NCBI GenBank assembly: GCA_963733035.1
Contig: CAVTBU010000005.1
Span: 2,624,001-2,688,000 of the forward strand
Source: Pirellulales bacterium
GTDB taxonomy: Bacteria; Planctomycetota; Planctomycetia; Pirellulales; PALSA-1355
DNA: 64,000 bases
Reading direction: 5' to 3'
Shown one piece after another: positions 39,912 to 51,621 of this stretch; position 1 is the stretch's first letter; the number at the start of each line of letters is the position of its first letter. Under the pieces are notes generated by a model, which saw nothing but the letters and a program-made list of their open reading frames with translations, was not told the DNA's origin and ran no database searches. The translations under genes were made by a program, and so were the position numbers.

Positions 39912-40790
39912 TCATGTATGAAATGCGCGTTCGTCGAGCGCGATCGAATCCAAGAACTCGCGAACCACGCGGAGCGTCCGCTCGGGCAGTAAGCCATGAA
40001 TCAAGTGTCCGATGTCGTCCCAAGGCATGCGTAAGCAATCGGGGATCAGGCTTGTCAGTTCGTCTCCGGCTTCGGCACTAACCATCCCTCCCTGCTCGAC
40101 GTTGCCCTGCAAGAGCAGGATCGGACAACGGATTTTGGGCAGCAAACTCCGGTAGTTCAAATCCTCCAGCCAACGCCCTTCGAGAATGGGATCCCAAACG
40201 GTCGGGTCGACCCGCTTGAGGCACGCGGCACCGAAGCGAATGGACGTTGCGTCGCGCAGGTCGCCAAGAGGCACGCCCTCCGGCGAACCGGCCGCCGGAA
40301 GTCGCGCTTCAGCCAATATGCGCGACAGTTCGCGCACACTCCGTTCCGAACCGCTTACCGAGCGCATTAGCGTGAACAATGCGTGAAATGGCGTATCGTC
40401 GGCACCGGGCGCAAATAGTTTGTACGGGGGATCCTCCAGGATCGCGCCTCGCACTTGCCGACTTTGCTCCGCTGCGACGATACCCGCTACCATTGCCCCC
40501 AGCGAGTGGCCGTACAGCAGCAGCGGCTTGTCAATGTGCTGAATGACGGCGACCGCATCGCGCACATAGTCGGACACCAGATACTTTTCCGGTGTGCGCG
40601 CCGAGAGGCCATGCCCGCGAAAGTCGAGCGCGAACACTTGCCAGCAAGGCGCGAGAGCGGACATCAGACCGCTAAAGTCCCGCCACGCGCGCCCTACCCC
40701 GTGCAGAAATAGCAGGGGCGGACCGTTTTCAGGCCCTTGGGCAACCTGAAGCGCACCGTCGGGGCCGGTGACTTGCTGCTGGTGGAACAT
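39912..40790 (-). CDS. Alpha/beta hydrolase
   Basis: LHG, DFRGHG.S, GHSLG, GH..H. Confidence 0.88.
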   Translation of the reverse strand: MFHQQQVTGPDGALQVAQGPENGPPLLFLHGVGRAWRDFSGLMSALAPCWQVFALDFRGHGLSARTPEKYLVSDYVRDAVAVIQHIDKPLLLYGHSLGAMVAGIVAAEQSRQVRGAILEDPPYKLFAPGADDTPFHALFTLMRSVSGSERSVRELSRILAEARLPAAGSPEGVPLGDLRDATSIRFGAACLKRVDPTVWDPILEGRWLEDLNYRSLLPKIRCPILLLQGNVEQGGMVSAEAGDELTSLIPDCLRMPWDDIGHLIHGLLPERTLRVVREFLDSIALDERAFHT

Positions 40791-40892
40791 GACGCCTTGG
40801 TTGCACCGCGCGGGCCGTCGTTATTCTGCAATTCTCGCCGCCCGCCTTGGGCAAAGCTTGCAGCCCAGCCAATCTAAGTGAGCCCTCCGGCC

Positions 40893-43800
40893 ATGTCAAA
40901 CAAGCATTCATCGGCATCGTCGCACCGGGCAACTCGTGTTCTCGCGGCAATGGTCTTGATGCTGTTCGCGCTGACCGCGTCGAGCGTCGATGCGGCGACA
41001 CCAGCAGCCAAGAAAATCGTGATTCTGGCCGGCGCTGTTCATCAGGGTCCCGGTGGGCATCCCGCCGGGACTCATGAATACGAACTCACCGCACGGCTGC
41101 TCAAGCACGCGTTGGCCGAAGCCCAAATCGACGCCGAGGTCGAAATCCATTTCAACGGTTGGCCGCGCGATCCGAAAACGCTCGACGACGCCGATTCGAT
41201 TGTCGTCATCTCCGACGGCGCCGATCGCGATCCCGACGATCACCCGCTACTGGTCGGCAATCGACTGGGAATTCTCAAACAGCAGATGGACCGCGGTTGT
41301 GGCCTGGTGGCGATCCATTGGACCACGTTTGTGCCGAACGATCGCGGCGGCCCCGAATTCCTGGAGTGGCTCGGTGGCTACTTTGACTACCAGTCCGGCG
41401 CGGGGGAACGGCACTGGTTCTCGAAGATTCAGACCGCCCAGACGCGCCCCCATCCAGCCTCGCCCGAGCATCCCATCAGCCGCGGACTGAAGCCGTTCGA
41501 ACTGCGGGAGGAGTACTACTACAACATCCGATTCCGCGAACACGATCCGCGGCTGGCGCCGATTCTGGTCACGCCGATTCCCGGAGAAGCGACGGAGCAG
41601 GTCGTCGCCTGGGCAGTCGAGCGAGAAAATAGCGGTCGCGGTTTTGGCTTCACAGGCGGACACTTCTTTGAAAACTGGGGCGTCGACAACTTCCGCCGCA
41701 TGGTACTCAACGCGATTGTGTGGACTGCCCATCTGGAAGTGCCCGCCGGCGGTGTGCAATCGAAAACATCGCCCGACAGCGATCCACCAATATCCGCCGG
41801 TGACGGGCCGATACAGGCCGTGATTGTCACCGGGCATCAGCATCCGGCGCACTTGTGGCGCGAAACAACTCCAGCTCTGCAAGAAGCCCTGGCGCAAGAC
41901 AAACGGGTGCAAGTTACCGTCGTCACCGAACCCGAGTTCTTGGCCAGTGAGAACCTGCGAACTTATGACGTCGTGGTGTTCAACTACTGCAACTGGCAGC
42001 GACCCGGGTTGAGCGACGCCGCGAAAAAGAACTTTCAGAAGTATCTCGACGAGGGCGGCGGCCTGGCATTGATTCATTTCGCCAATGGCGCGTTTCATGC
42101 TTCGCTTCCCGAGACGCCCCCCTCGGACTGGCCGGAGTACCGCAACATTTGTCGCCGCGTGTGGGATCATGCCGCCGGAAAAAGCAGCCATGATCCGTTC
42201 GGGCGATTTACTGTGAACCTTGTGAAGGATCACCCGATCACCAACGGGTTGAATTCGTTTGAAACGATCGACGAGTTGTATTGCAACCAGCAGGGTGATC
42301 GGCCGATCGAAGTCTTGGCCACGGCTCACTCGACGGTCACAGGGCGCGACGAACCGATGGCTTTTGTCTATCCGTATGGCAAAGGGCGGATCTTTCAGAC
42401 CGTGTTGGGACACGCCGCCGAATCGATCCGTACGCCGGGCACCGCAACGTTGATCCGCCGCGGCGCGATTTGGGCCGCGGGCGAGCCGCAGCGCAGGCTC
42501 ACCGCGCAAGCCATCGACACCCGGCGCGAACCGCCCAAACTCGTGGCTGAAGGCAAGTTCGACGGGGCACTCGACCCGCGCGCGGCGCCGCGTGGGCCAA
42601 TCGCATGCCCAACTACGACCTGCGTCCGCTCACGGTGGAATGCTGGGCCAAGCTGGATGGTCAGTCCGGCTTCAACATTCTGGTGGCCAACAGTGCCAAG
42701 GAATCGGCCGAACACTGGGAACTGTACACGTACGCCGGCAGCGGCGAATTGAGCCTGTACCTGCCGGGCTACGCACCCGCCGAAATCAAATCGGGCGTCG
42801 ACGTCGTGGACGGCAAGTGGCACCATCTGGCGGCCGCGTTCGACGACGCGCAGGCGAGCCTCTACGTCGACGGCGAGTTGGTACAACAGACAGCGATCGC
42901 CCGCCAGCGCAGCGACGGACCGACCGCGGCGCTATATTTCGGCGGTTATCCACCACAGAACATCGGCTGCGACGGGTTGATCGATGAGGTGCGTATCTCC
43001 AATCGCCTGCGCAATCGACGCCCTACCAGTCGGTCCCTTCGCGGCCAGCAGCGATACGATTGGACTGTGGCACTTCGACCGGCTGAATGCCGGCCGTGTC
43101 GAAGACCTTTCGCCACTGCAGAACCCCGCCGCCGCGATCGCGGACCGCGCGATCGTCCAGCCGATGCACACGCGACGGCCCGCCGATCCGGCATGGCAAC
43201 TTCTGACCATTGACGCTTCGCCCGACGAATCGTTTCTGTCGCTGCGCACCGACACGACAGGGCGACTCTTTGCCGGCGGACGCGAAGCGCTGTTCGTTTT
43301 CGAACCCGAGGCCGACGGCGGTTACGCGCCGCGGCAACTGCTCTATCGCTTTCCGCCCGACAGCTGGATCACCGACGTCGAAATCCGCGGCGACGATTTG
43401 TACGTCATGACCAACGCCGCGCTCTACCGATTGACGGGTGGCCGAGTTCGCCGCGCGGGGCTCATGCCAGAACGGTTGCTGTGGGGTTCGCCAGTCGACC
43501 TGCATGTCACCTGGCACGGCTTGGCCTGGGGACCGGAGGGAGACCTGTACTTTTCGTCCGGCGATCCGCTACTCAACTACGGTGACTTTCAGCAGCGTCC
43601 CGACCACTTCGGCCACTGGACGATCTATGGGCCGAGCGAAAAACTAGCCTACACAGGCGTCGGCGGATTCTATCGCTGCAAACCCGACGGCACCCACTTG
43701 CGGGTGGTGGCCGGCGGCACGCGGGGCGCCGTGGGAGTGGCCTTCGATCGCCGCTGGAACCTGTTTTCCAACGACAACGATCACGAGAGCATTGCTGATC

Positions 43801-46125
43801 GCTATTCTCCAGCCCGACTGCTGCACGTCGCCCCGCGAGCAAACTTTTTCTGGCCGCGCGGTTGGATCGCCAGTATGTCGCCCGAGCGATCCGACTTGTT
43901 GGAAGTGGTTAACATCGGGATGGGTCGCGAAGTGCCGGTGGGCCAGGCCTACCTCGACGAACCATCACTTGGCGAACAATACCGCGACAGCCTGCTCGTC
44001 GCGCGATGGGGTCAGCGGTGTGTGTCGGGCTACGCCCTCGCGCCACGGGGCGCGAGTTTTAGCGGCGAAGAGTATCCACTGCTCATCGGTGAGGAAACAG
44101 CGCGGCCGGTCGGCGTGACGGTCGGTCGCGGCGGCCGCGTTTTTGTCGCCCTTTCCTACATGGCGGCCAACGAGTGGTCACCCCACTATCCCAGCGAGAT
44201 CGTGCTGCTGACCCGCGCCGACGATCAACCGCCCTATCGTTTCGATGCCTATGACGCTCCAGCCGCGGAGCCAGCGCGGCTGTGGACGGAACTAGGTAGC
44301 GACTCATCGCAGCGCCGGCAGCAGGCGCACGTCGAAATCCTTCGCCGCGGTGGTGCATTGCGACACGAAGCCGTCGAACGGCTTGAAAACGCTTCGGCTG
44401 ACGACCCGGCATTTCTTTCGCTCATTTGGCTTGCCGCCGCCAGCGAATCAGAGCCCGCTCGCAAGACGCTGCAATCGCTTACTAGCAGCGATAACCCCGT
44501 CGTGCGTCAAACGATCGTACGTGCCATGCATGCCTTTCCTAGGCTCGGTACGCAACCGGAAACGTTTACGCGCGCACTGACGGATGTCGATGCTCGCGTG
44601 CGGCATGCCGGTGTTGTCGCGCTATTCGACCAGCAAAATGCACTGCCCGAGGAACTCTTCGCGGGCTCAGCTTGCGACCACGACACCTACATTCGCCAGG
44701 CGGCCGCGCTGCTGTTGGCGCGGCGCGGCACGCGGGAACAAATCGAGCAGCTGTTTTCTTCAGACGATCCCGCTCGGCGACTCTGCGGCGTATTGGCTGC
44801 GGGATTCCGAATAACCGTGCCGCCGCCGGTTGGCGATCTGCCCGCCGAACTGCCGCTGAAGTACGATTCTGGCAACGCGGAGTTCGTCATTCAGTATGCC
44901 GATGCGAAGGTCGATCTTAAGCAACTCGGCCGCGTCGGCAGCTTCACGACTGCCGAGCGTTGGAAAGCTCTGCCTCCAAATACTGAAGAGCTCGTTTTGT
45001 TCGCCGACCTGAAGAAATGCCTTGCGGATCCGGATGATCGTGTACATGAGCAGGCCGCGTATTTTCTGAACCTGTTCGACGAGCCGCAGACCAACGAGCT
45101 AGTTGCCGAGGCACACCGCGCGATTGCTCGACCGTCTTGCCGGTGCGCCACCGATCATGGTTGAGAAGGTATGGACGATCGGTCCGTTTAAGGACGGCGC
45201 CACTGGTTTTGAACGTGCCCACCCACCGGAACAGGGACCGATCGATCTGGAGGCGGAGGTCCCCACCGGACCGGATTCGCTGACATGGACAACCGTATCG
45301 CTTCGCAAGACGAAAGCGGTCGAAACCCAAGCGTCGTCCGGCGCGTCGCGATACTACTACTTCCGCCTGCAAAGCCTCGTGCCACAGACTGCCCGACTCG
45401 TCGTCACTGCACCGGGGGCTTACCGGCTTTGGCAAAACGATCGGCCACTAGACGTGGCCGATCCCATCCTCGTTCCGCTCGAGCCGGGGAGCAATGACAT
45501 TCTGCTGCGCGCCGCCGGTGGCGCTGAAACTCAACCACCCACCGTGCAAGTACGAGCCGTCGAACGCCTCGAAGCCACGCTGCCCGAGAAGCTGGGTCTG
45601 GGCACGCTGGCCGAGCGCCTCCGCGGCGCGGGTCAGAGCGACGCGGTGAGCGTGCCCACTGAGTTCCTCGCCGTGGAGTGGAACACAGCCGCCGCCGAGG
45701 GCGATGCTGAACGAGGCCGACTTCTGTTCGGCGTCGCGGCTCTCGGATGCGTGAAATGCCACGCGGTGTTGCCGAATCAAAAGGGTGGTGGAGCGCCGTC
45801 GCTCGCCGGAGCATCAAAGCGATTCACGGTTTCGCACCTCGTCGAGTCGATTCTTGCGCCCGGCAAGCAGGTGGCACCCGTGTTCGGTACGACAACGATC
45901 GTCACGGCCGACGGCCAATCATTATCGGGTTTGGTGGTTGAAGAAAACGATGAGCAGATCGTGCTTTTGCTTCCCACCGCCGCTCGGCAGAAGGTAGCCA
46001 AGAGCGACATTGAAGCACGCAAGCTGCAAAACGCCTCACCGATGCCGAGTGGCTTGGTGAAGACTCCCGCCGAACTAGCTGATTTGTTAGCTTATCTGCT
46101 CAGTGACAATCCCAAGGCTCCTTAA
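40893..46125 (+). CDS. Giant secreted PVC-type heme protein (ThuA x2, LamG, beta-propeller, HEAT repeats, CxxCH cytochrome); frameshifts near ~42590, ~43015 and ~45125
   Basis: ORFs 40878-42752, 42605-43213, 42984-45164 and 45103-46125 join seamlessly; CVKCH, LVESILAP, SPMPSGL. Confidence 0.82.
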
Positions 46126-46181
46126 TCGAGCGATACCGACGCGGCGCACGACACAGAGTTCCTGTCAGGCAATAACGGATT

Positions 46182-46598
46182 ATGCCCGCCATCTATGAGC
46201 ATTCGCTGTTTGTGCGGCCTGAGGAAATTGACCGCCTGGGGCACGTCAACAACCTGGCCTACCTGGCCTGGATGCTGGATGCCGCCGTCGCGCATTCGGC
46301 GGCTCAGGGATGGACGGCCGAGCGCTACGATAAGCTCGGTTGCGTGTGGGTTGTGCGCTCGCATGAGATCAAATACATCGAACCGGCCTTCGAAAGTCAG
46401 CGCGTTATCGTCCGCACCTGGGTGGCCGACATGAGCAAGGTGTCTTCCACGCGACGCTACAAGATCTTGCGCGCCGACGACGAACGCGTGCTGGCCAAGG
46501 CCGCGACCCGCTGGGCCTTTGTCGACTTCGCCGAGGGCAAGCTGCGGCCGATCCCCAAGGAAGTCTGGAGCGCGTTCGAACTCGTGCCGGATGCCTAG
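46182..46598 (+). CDS. Acyl-CoA thioesterase (hotdog fold)
   Basis: EIDRLGHVNN..Y. Confidence 0.88.
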   Translation: MPAIYEHSLFVRPEEIDRLGHVNNLAYLAWMLDAAVAHSAAQGWTAERYDKLGCVWVVRSHEIKYIEPAFESQRVIVRTWVADMSKVSSTRRYKILRADDERVLAKAATRWAFVDFAEGKLRPIPKEVWSAFELVPDA

Positions 46599-46616
46599 CC
46601 CGTTCGACCGCCGTGG

Positions 46617-47825
46617 CTAAAGCAGCTTGCGCATGCTCCATGCGGCACGATCCAGCAGCCGCTGCCAGCCGGAGCGGTCGCGCACGTCGTTGATGTCGAC
46701 ACGGTCGCTGGCGGCAATCTCCTCCTGGCAAATCCCGGCAAGCACTTCGGCCAGCCGCTTGGAATGAATCACGGCAAAGAATTCCAGGTTGATCCGCAGG
46801 CTGCGAGCGTCCAAGTTGCACGAGCCGACAACGCTCCAGCAGTTGTCGATTGCCATCACTTTGCTGTGTAGCATTCGATCGCGCCTCTCGTAGATCTCAA
46901 TGTCGCGCTTGAGAAGAAACTCATAGAAATGGCGCGTGGCCCATTGCACGAGTTTTACGTCGCTTCGTCCCGGCACAATCACTTGCACGCGCACCCCGCG
47001 GCGCCGCGCCTTTACCAGCGCCCGCAACACGCGCCCCAGCGGCAGGAAATACGCCATCGACAGCACGATCTTACTACGAGCCTGGCGAATCAAGGGGACC
47101 AGCACACGGTGCGGACGCCGGTCCTTGAACGTTGGCCGGGAATCAAAAAAGTACACCGCCTCCTCGGGCGCATTGCCAAAATCGGGCACGACCCAGCGAG
47201 AGGCCCTTTCGCGAGGCTCGCGATGGACGCGCCGCCACAGATGATCCATCAGTGAAGCGATTTCCGCTTGCCGCGGGCCGACCATCCGAACATGCACGTC
47301 GCGCCAACCGGCCGAACGAGGCAGCTTCTTGGTCTTCAGGTCCTGCCTGCTTTTGATACCGCTCGGGTCGACGACGTTCATCCCGCCGAAATAGGCCACT
47401 TCGTCGTCAATCACGAGCAGCTTGCGATGGTTGCGCTGGTTGAGGGCATGCAATACTCGCGGACCACGAATGATCTGCGAAAGCGTATGAAACACATGCA
47501 CGTGCACGCCGGCCGATCGCAAGCGATTTAACAGCGCCGTCGAAACGGTAAAGCTGCCGAATCCGTCGACCATCAGCCGTACGTCGACGCCAGTCGCGGC
47601 GCGCTCGCATAGTGCATCGGACACGGCGCGCCCGGCCGCGTCGTCTAGAAAGATATACGATTCCATCCACACGCGGCGCCGTGCGGCGGCGATGTCGGCA
47701 ATCATCGCGGCGATCAACGGGGACGATTCCGTGTACAAACGGAACTCGTTTCCCGCCACGGTCACCGGACCACAAGCGCGCCCGGCGCGCGGCGTAATCG
47801 CGGTTGTGGAGATGGGCTTCTGCAT
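46617..47825 (-). CDS. Cardiolipin synthase / phospholipase D family
   Basis: Two HKD motifs (HRKLLVID, HSKVMAID), GSCNLD.RS. Confidence 0.88.
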   Translation of the reverse strand: MQKPISTTAITPRAGRACGPVTVAGNEFRLYTESSPLIAAMIADIAAARRRVWMESYIFLDDAAGRAVSDALCERAATGVDVRLMVDGFGSFTVSTALLNRLRSAGVHVHVFHTLSQIIRGPRVLHALNQRNHRKLLVIDDEVAYFGGMNVVDPSGIKSRQDLKTKKLPRSAGWRDVHVRMVGPRQAEIASLMDHLWRRVHREPRERASRWVVPDFGNAPEEAVYFFDSRPTFKDRRPHRVLVPLIRQARSKIVLSMAYFLPLGRVLRALVKARRRGVRVQVIVPGRSDVKLVQWATRHFYEFLLKRDIEIYERRDRMLHSKVMAIDNCWSVVGSCNLDARSLRINLEFFAVIHSKRLAEVLAGICQEEIAASDRVDINDVRDRSGWQRLLDRAAWSMRKLL

Positions 47826-47995
47826 GAGACGAGTCCGATGGCTGGCTCTTCCTATTGTAGGCAGCCGTCGACCCAAACGAAGCATCCCGGCGCTGCCAGG
47901 CCGGCTGAGGTCGATGAATGGCCTTAAAATCGTGCTTTGGCCTGGGGCCGCCGGACAGCTAGACTTGGGAATCCCTTCCGCAAGCGGAGCCAGCC

Positions 47996-50390
47996 ATGCA
48001 AGACTTCGAGAAACTCGGCGCCTTCTACCTGGGCAAGCAATATGATCTGGCCCAGCGTGTGCGCGGCGAAGAATTGGTTCTCTACGACGCCAAGGATCTC
48101 ACCACGCATGCCGTCTGCGTGGGGATGACCGGCAGCGGCAAGACGGGTCTCTGCCTGGCACTGTTGGAAGAAGCCGCAATCGACGGCATACCGGTGATTG
48201 CCATCGATCCCAAGGGAGACGTCGGCAACTTATTGCTCGCGTTCCCGGAACTCGGCGGCAGCGACTTCCGCCCCTGGATCGAGGAGGCCGAAGCGGCCCG
48301 CGAGGGAATCACGCCCGATGAGCTGGCCGAAAAGACCGCCGCGTTGTGGCGCGAAGGCTTGGCCGCGTGGGGGGAGGACGGCGACCGCATCGCCAAGTAC
48401 AGGTCGGCCGTCGACGCCGCGATCTATACGCCGGGATCGAGTGCGGGCCTGCCAATCTCGGTGCTGCGCTCGTTTGACGCTCCGCCGCCTGAGATTCTCG
48501 ACGACGCCGATCTACTCCGCGATCGGATCGGCGCAGCCGCTTCAGGGCTGCTCGCGTTGGTGGGCATCGACGCTGATCCGATTCAGAGCCGCGAGTTCAT
48601 CCTGGTCTCGCAGCTATTGGAGTCTGCCTGGCGCGCCGGACGGAACCTCGACCTGGCCGAGCTCATCCGTCAGATTCAAACCCCACCGCTAGAGCGCGTC
48701 GGTTCGCTCGACCTCGAGACGTTTTACCCGGTCAAGGCGCGAGGCGAGCTGGCCATGCGACTCAACAATTTGCTGGCCTCGCCGACCTTCGCCGGCTGGA
48801 TGGAGGGAGAACCACTGAGCATTGCCCGGCTGCTCCACACGCCCGAGGGAAAGCCGCGGTTGTCGATCCTTTCGATCGCCCATTTGAGCGAAGCGGAGCG
48901 GATGTTCTTTGTCACGATTCTGCTCAACGAACTATTGGCCTGGGTTCGCACGCAAAGTGGTACCAGCAGCCTCCGGGCAATTCTTTACATGGACGAGGTG
49001 TTCGGCTATTTTCCGCCGACGGCCAACCCGCCATCGAAAAAACCGATGCTCACACTGCTCAAACAAGCGCGGGCCTACGGGCTGGGCATCGTGTTGGCCA
49101 CGCAAAACCCGGTCGATCTCGACTACAAGGGGCTTTCCAACACCGGCACCTGGTTTCTCGGACGTCTGCAAACCGAGCGAGACAAAGCCCGCGTGCTCGA
49201 GGGCCTGGAGGGAGCCTCGGCCGCGGCCGGCTCGACATTCAACCGAGGCGAGATGGAAGCCACGCTCGCGGCGCTAGGTAAACGGGTGTTTTTGCTTAAC
49301 AACGTACACGAAGACCACCCCGTCGTGTTTGAAACCCGTTGGTGCCTGTCGTACTTGCGCGGTCCTTTAACACGGCGACAGATTCAAACGCTGATGGCAA
49401 AGTGCAAGCAAGCGACGGACGAGACAGAGGCCACGCAACAGCCGCCCGCGTCGGCCGCTGCGATAACTGCCGACGCTGCAAGTGGTGACCGCGCGAATGT
49501 ACCGCCCGAGATCGAGCAGGAATTCCTCGCGCCGCGGATCGCGACCGAGGACATGCAACCGGTCAACTATCATCCAGCGTTGCTGGCGAAGACGCGCGTC
49601 CGTTTCGTCGATGCCAAGGCCAAGGTAGACCATTGGCAGGAGGTCACCGCGCTGGCCAGCATCGAAGGCACGGTGCCGAGTGAGCCATGGGAGCAGGCCG
49701 AACTATTCACCGACGAGCTGGAAACCGGCCGATCTCCCACCGAGGGCGCGACTTTTGCCCCGCTACCAAAGGCGGCTTCACAAGCCAAGAATTACGCCGC
49801 TTGGAGCAAGAGCCTCGCTGGATACCTGTACCGCGACTACACCCTGCCACTCTGGTACGCGCCGGCGCTGAAGGAGTATTCTCAGCCAAACGAATCCGAA
49901 GGCGACTTCCGCGTTCGCATGACGCAGAAGGCTCGCGAATTGCGCGACGAGGCCGTGGAAAAGCTGCGCTCGAAGTACGCGGGCAAATCGGCCGCGCTTG
50001 ACGACAAGATCCAGCGTGCCCAGGAACGGCTGGCCCGGGAAAAATCCGAATTTCAAACCAAAACTCTCGAATCGGCCGTTTCGATCGGCTCGTCGATCCT
50101 GCGGGCACTGTTCGGCCGCAAACTGGCCAGCGTGTCCAATGTACGGGGAGCCAGCGGTGCTGCCCGCAGCGCTTCGCGCCGCCCGCGAGCGTGGCGACGT
50201 CGAGCGGGCCAACCAGGCACTGGAAAAATTGCAGGCGGAACGTGCCAAGCTGGAAGATCAATTTGAGCAGGAAATCGCGGGGCTCGACACCGACTATCGC
50301 AACCCGTCAATCGAACCGCATCCGGTCTGCCCGCGAAAACGCGATATCGAGATTACCCATATCGCACTGGCATGGCGACCCGAACCATAA
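47996..50390 (+). CDS. HerA/DUF87-like P-loop ATPase with C-terminal coiled coil, frameshifted near ~50180
   Basis: GMTGSGKT, IDPKGD, YMDE, LATQNP; C-terminus in ORF 49998..50390. Confidence 0.82.
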
Positions 50391-50441
50391 TTTAATGGAT
50401 CTATTGCCAGGCCAGTCGCACCATCCAATAAGGCTCCTCCC

Positions 50442-51587
50442 ATGATTCCCTACCGACCTGCCACCCTGCTCCTGGTTCTGCTCCTCGCACCAAGCCTCGG
50501 TCTTGCCGGTGAATCCCGCTTTCTAAAGCCGAGCGAGGCCAAGGAGGATCCTTCGGATTCGACGTTCTGGCACGACGCGCGGAAACTCCGAATTGAGGGG
50601 CAGGGGTGGGCGGGCACCAAGAGCGACTACGATCGTCTGCCGGCGAAGGCGGAAAGCATGGTTCGCGACGCCGTTTGGCGGCTAAGTAGAGATTCGTCTG
50701 GCATCGTCGTGCCCTTCACGACCGACGCTCCGGCGATCAAGGTTCGCTGGACGCTGACCTCCGATCGCCTGGCCATGCCGCACATGCCGGCGACAGGGGT
50801 GAGCGGACTCGATCTCTACGTGCGCGACGAGGATGGCAAATGGCGATGGCTCGCTTGTAAGCCGCCGCAGGGCAAGACCACCACTGCCACGCTCGTCAGC
50901 AACGTTCCCGAGGGCCCGCACGACTATCTGTTGTACCTGCCGCTCTACAACGGCGTCACGTCGCTGGAAATCAATATTCCGTCGGGCAAGTTCCTTGCCC
51001 GTTCGGAACCGCGTCCCGAAGAGAACCAAAAGCCGATCGTATTTTACGGTACGTCGATCACGCACGGCGCTTCGGCATCGCGCCCGGGGATGGCGCATCC
51101 GGCGATTCTGGGGCGCCGCTTCAACCGACCGATCATCAACCTTGGATTTTCGGGCAACGGCCGCATGGAAACCGAGGTGGCGACGCTCTTGGCCGAGCTC
51201 GACCCGGCGGTGTTCGTGATCGATTGCCTGCCGAACATTGGTGCCGAAGAAGTGCTAGCGCGGACCAAACCTTGTATCGATATTCTGCGTAAGGCGCATC
51301 CGACGACGCCCATCCTGTTGGTCGAAGACCGAACCTATGGCGACGCATTTTTCATCAGGGCGAAGCGAGAGCGCAATCGCACCAGCCGAGAGGCACTGCG
51401 CAAGGTGTATGACGAACTTAAATCCGCCGGCGACGAGAACCTCTATTATCTCGAAGGCGAAAAGCTGCTCGGTGACGACAACGAAGGCACCGTCGACAGC
51501 TCTCACCCCACCGACCTGGGATTCATGCGTCAGGCAGACGCGTTTACCAAGGCACTTGAGCCAATTCTCGGAGCGCCAGGTAAATAG
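50442..51587 (+). CDS. SGNH/GDSL hydrolase
   Basis: YGTSITHG, NLGFSG, D..HP. Confidence 0.88.
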   Translation: MIPYRPATLLLVLLLAPSLGLAGESRFLKPSEAKEDPSDSTFWHDARKLRIEGQGWAGTKSDYDRLPAKAESMVRDAVWRLSRDSSGIVVPFTTDAPAIKVRWTLTSDRLAMPHMPATGVSGLDLYVRDEDGKWRWLACKPPQGKTTTATLVSNVPEGPHDYLLYLPLYNGVTSLEINIPSGKFLARSEPRPEENQKPIVFYGTSITHGASASRPGMAHPAILGRRFNRPIINLGFSGNGRMETEVATLLAELDPAVFVIDCLPNIGAEEVLARTKPCIDILRKAHPTTPILLVEDRTYGDAFFIRAKRERNRTSREALRKVYDELKSAGDENLYYLEGEKLLGDDNEGTVDSSHPTDLGFMRQADAFTKALEPILGAPGK

Positions 51588-51621
51588 CCAAGCCGTTGGC
51601 TGTTGTTTGACGAAGTCGCGG

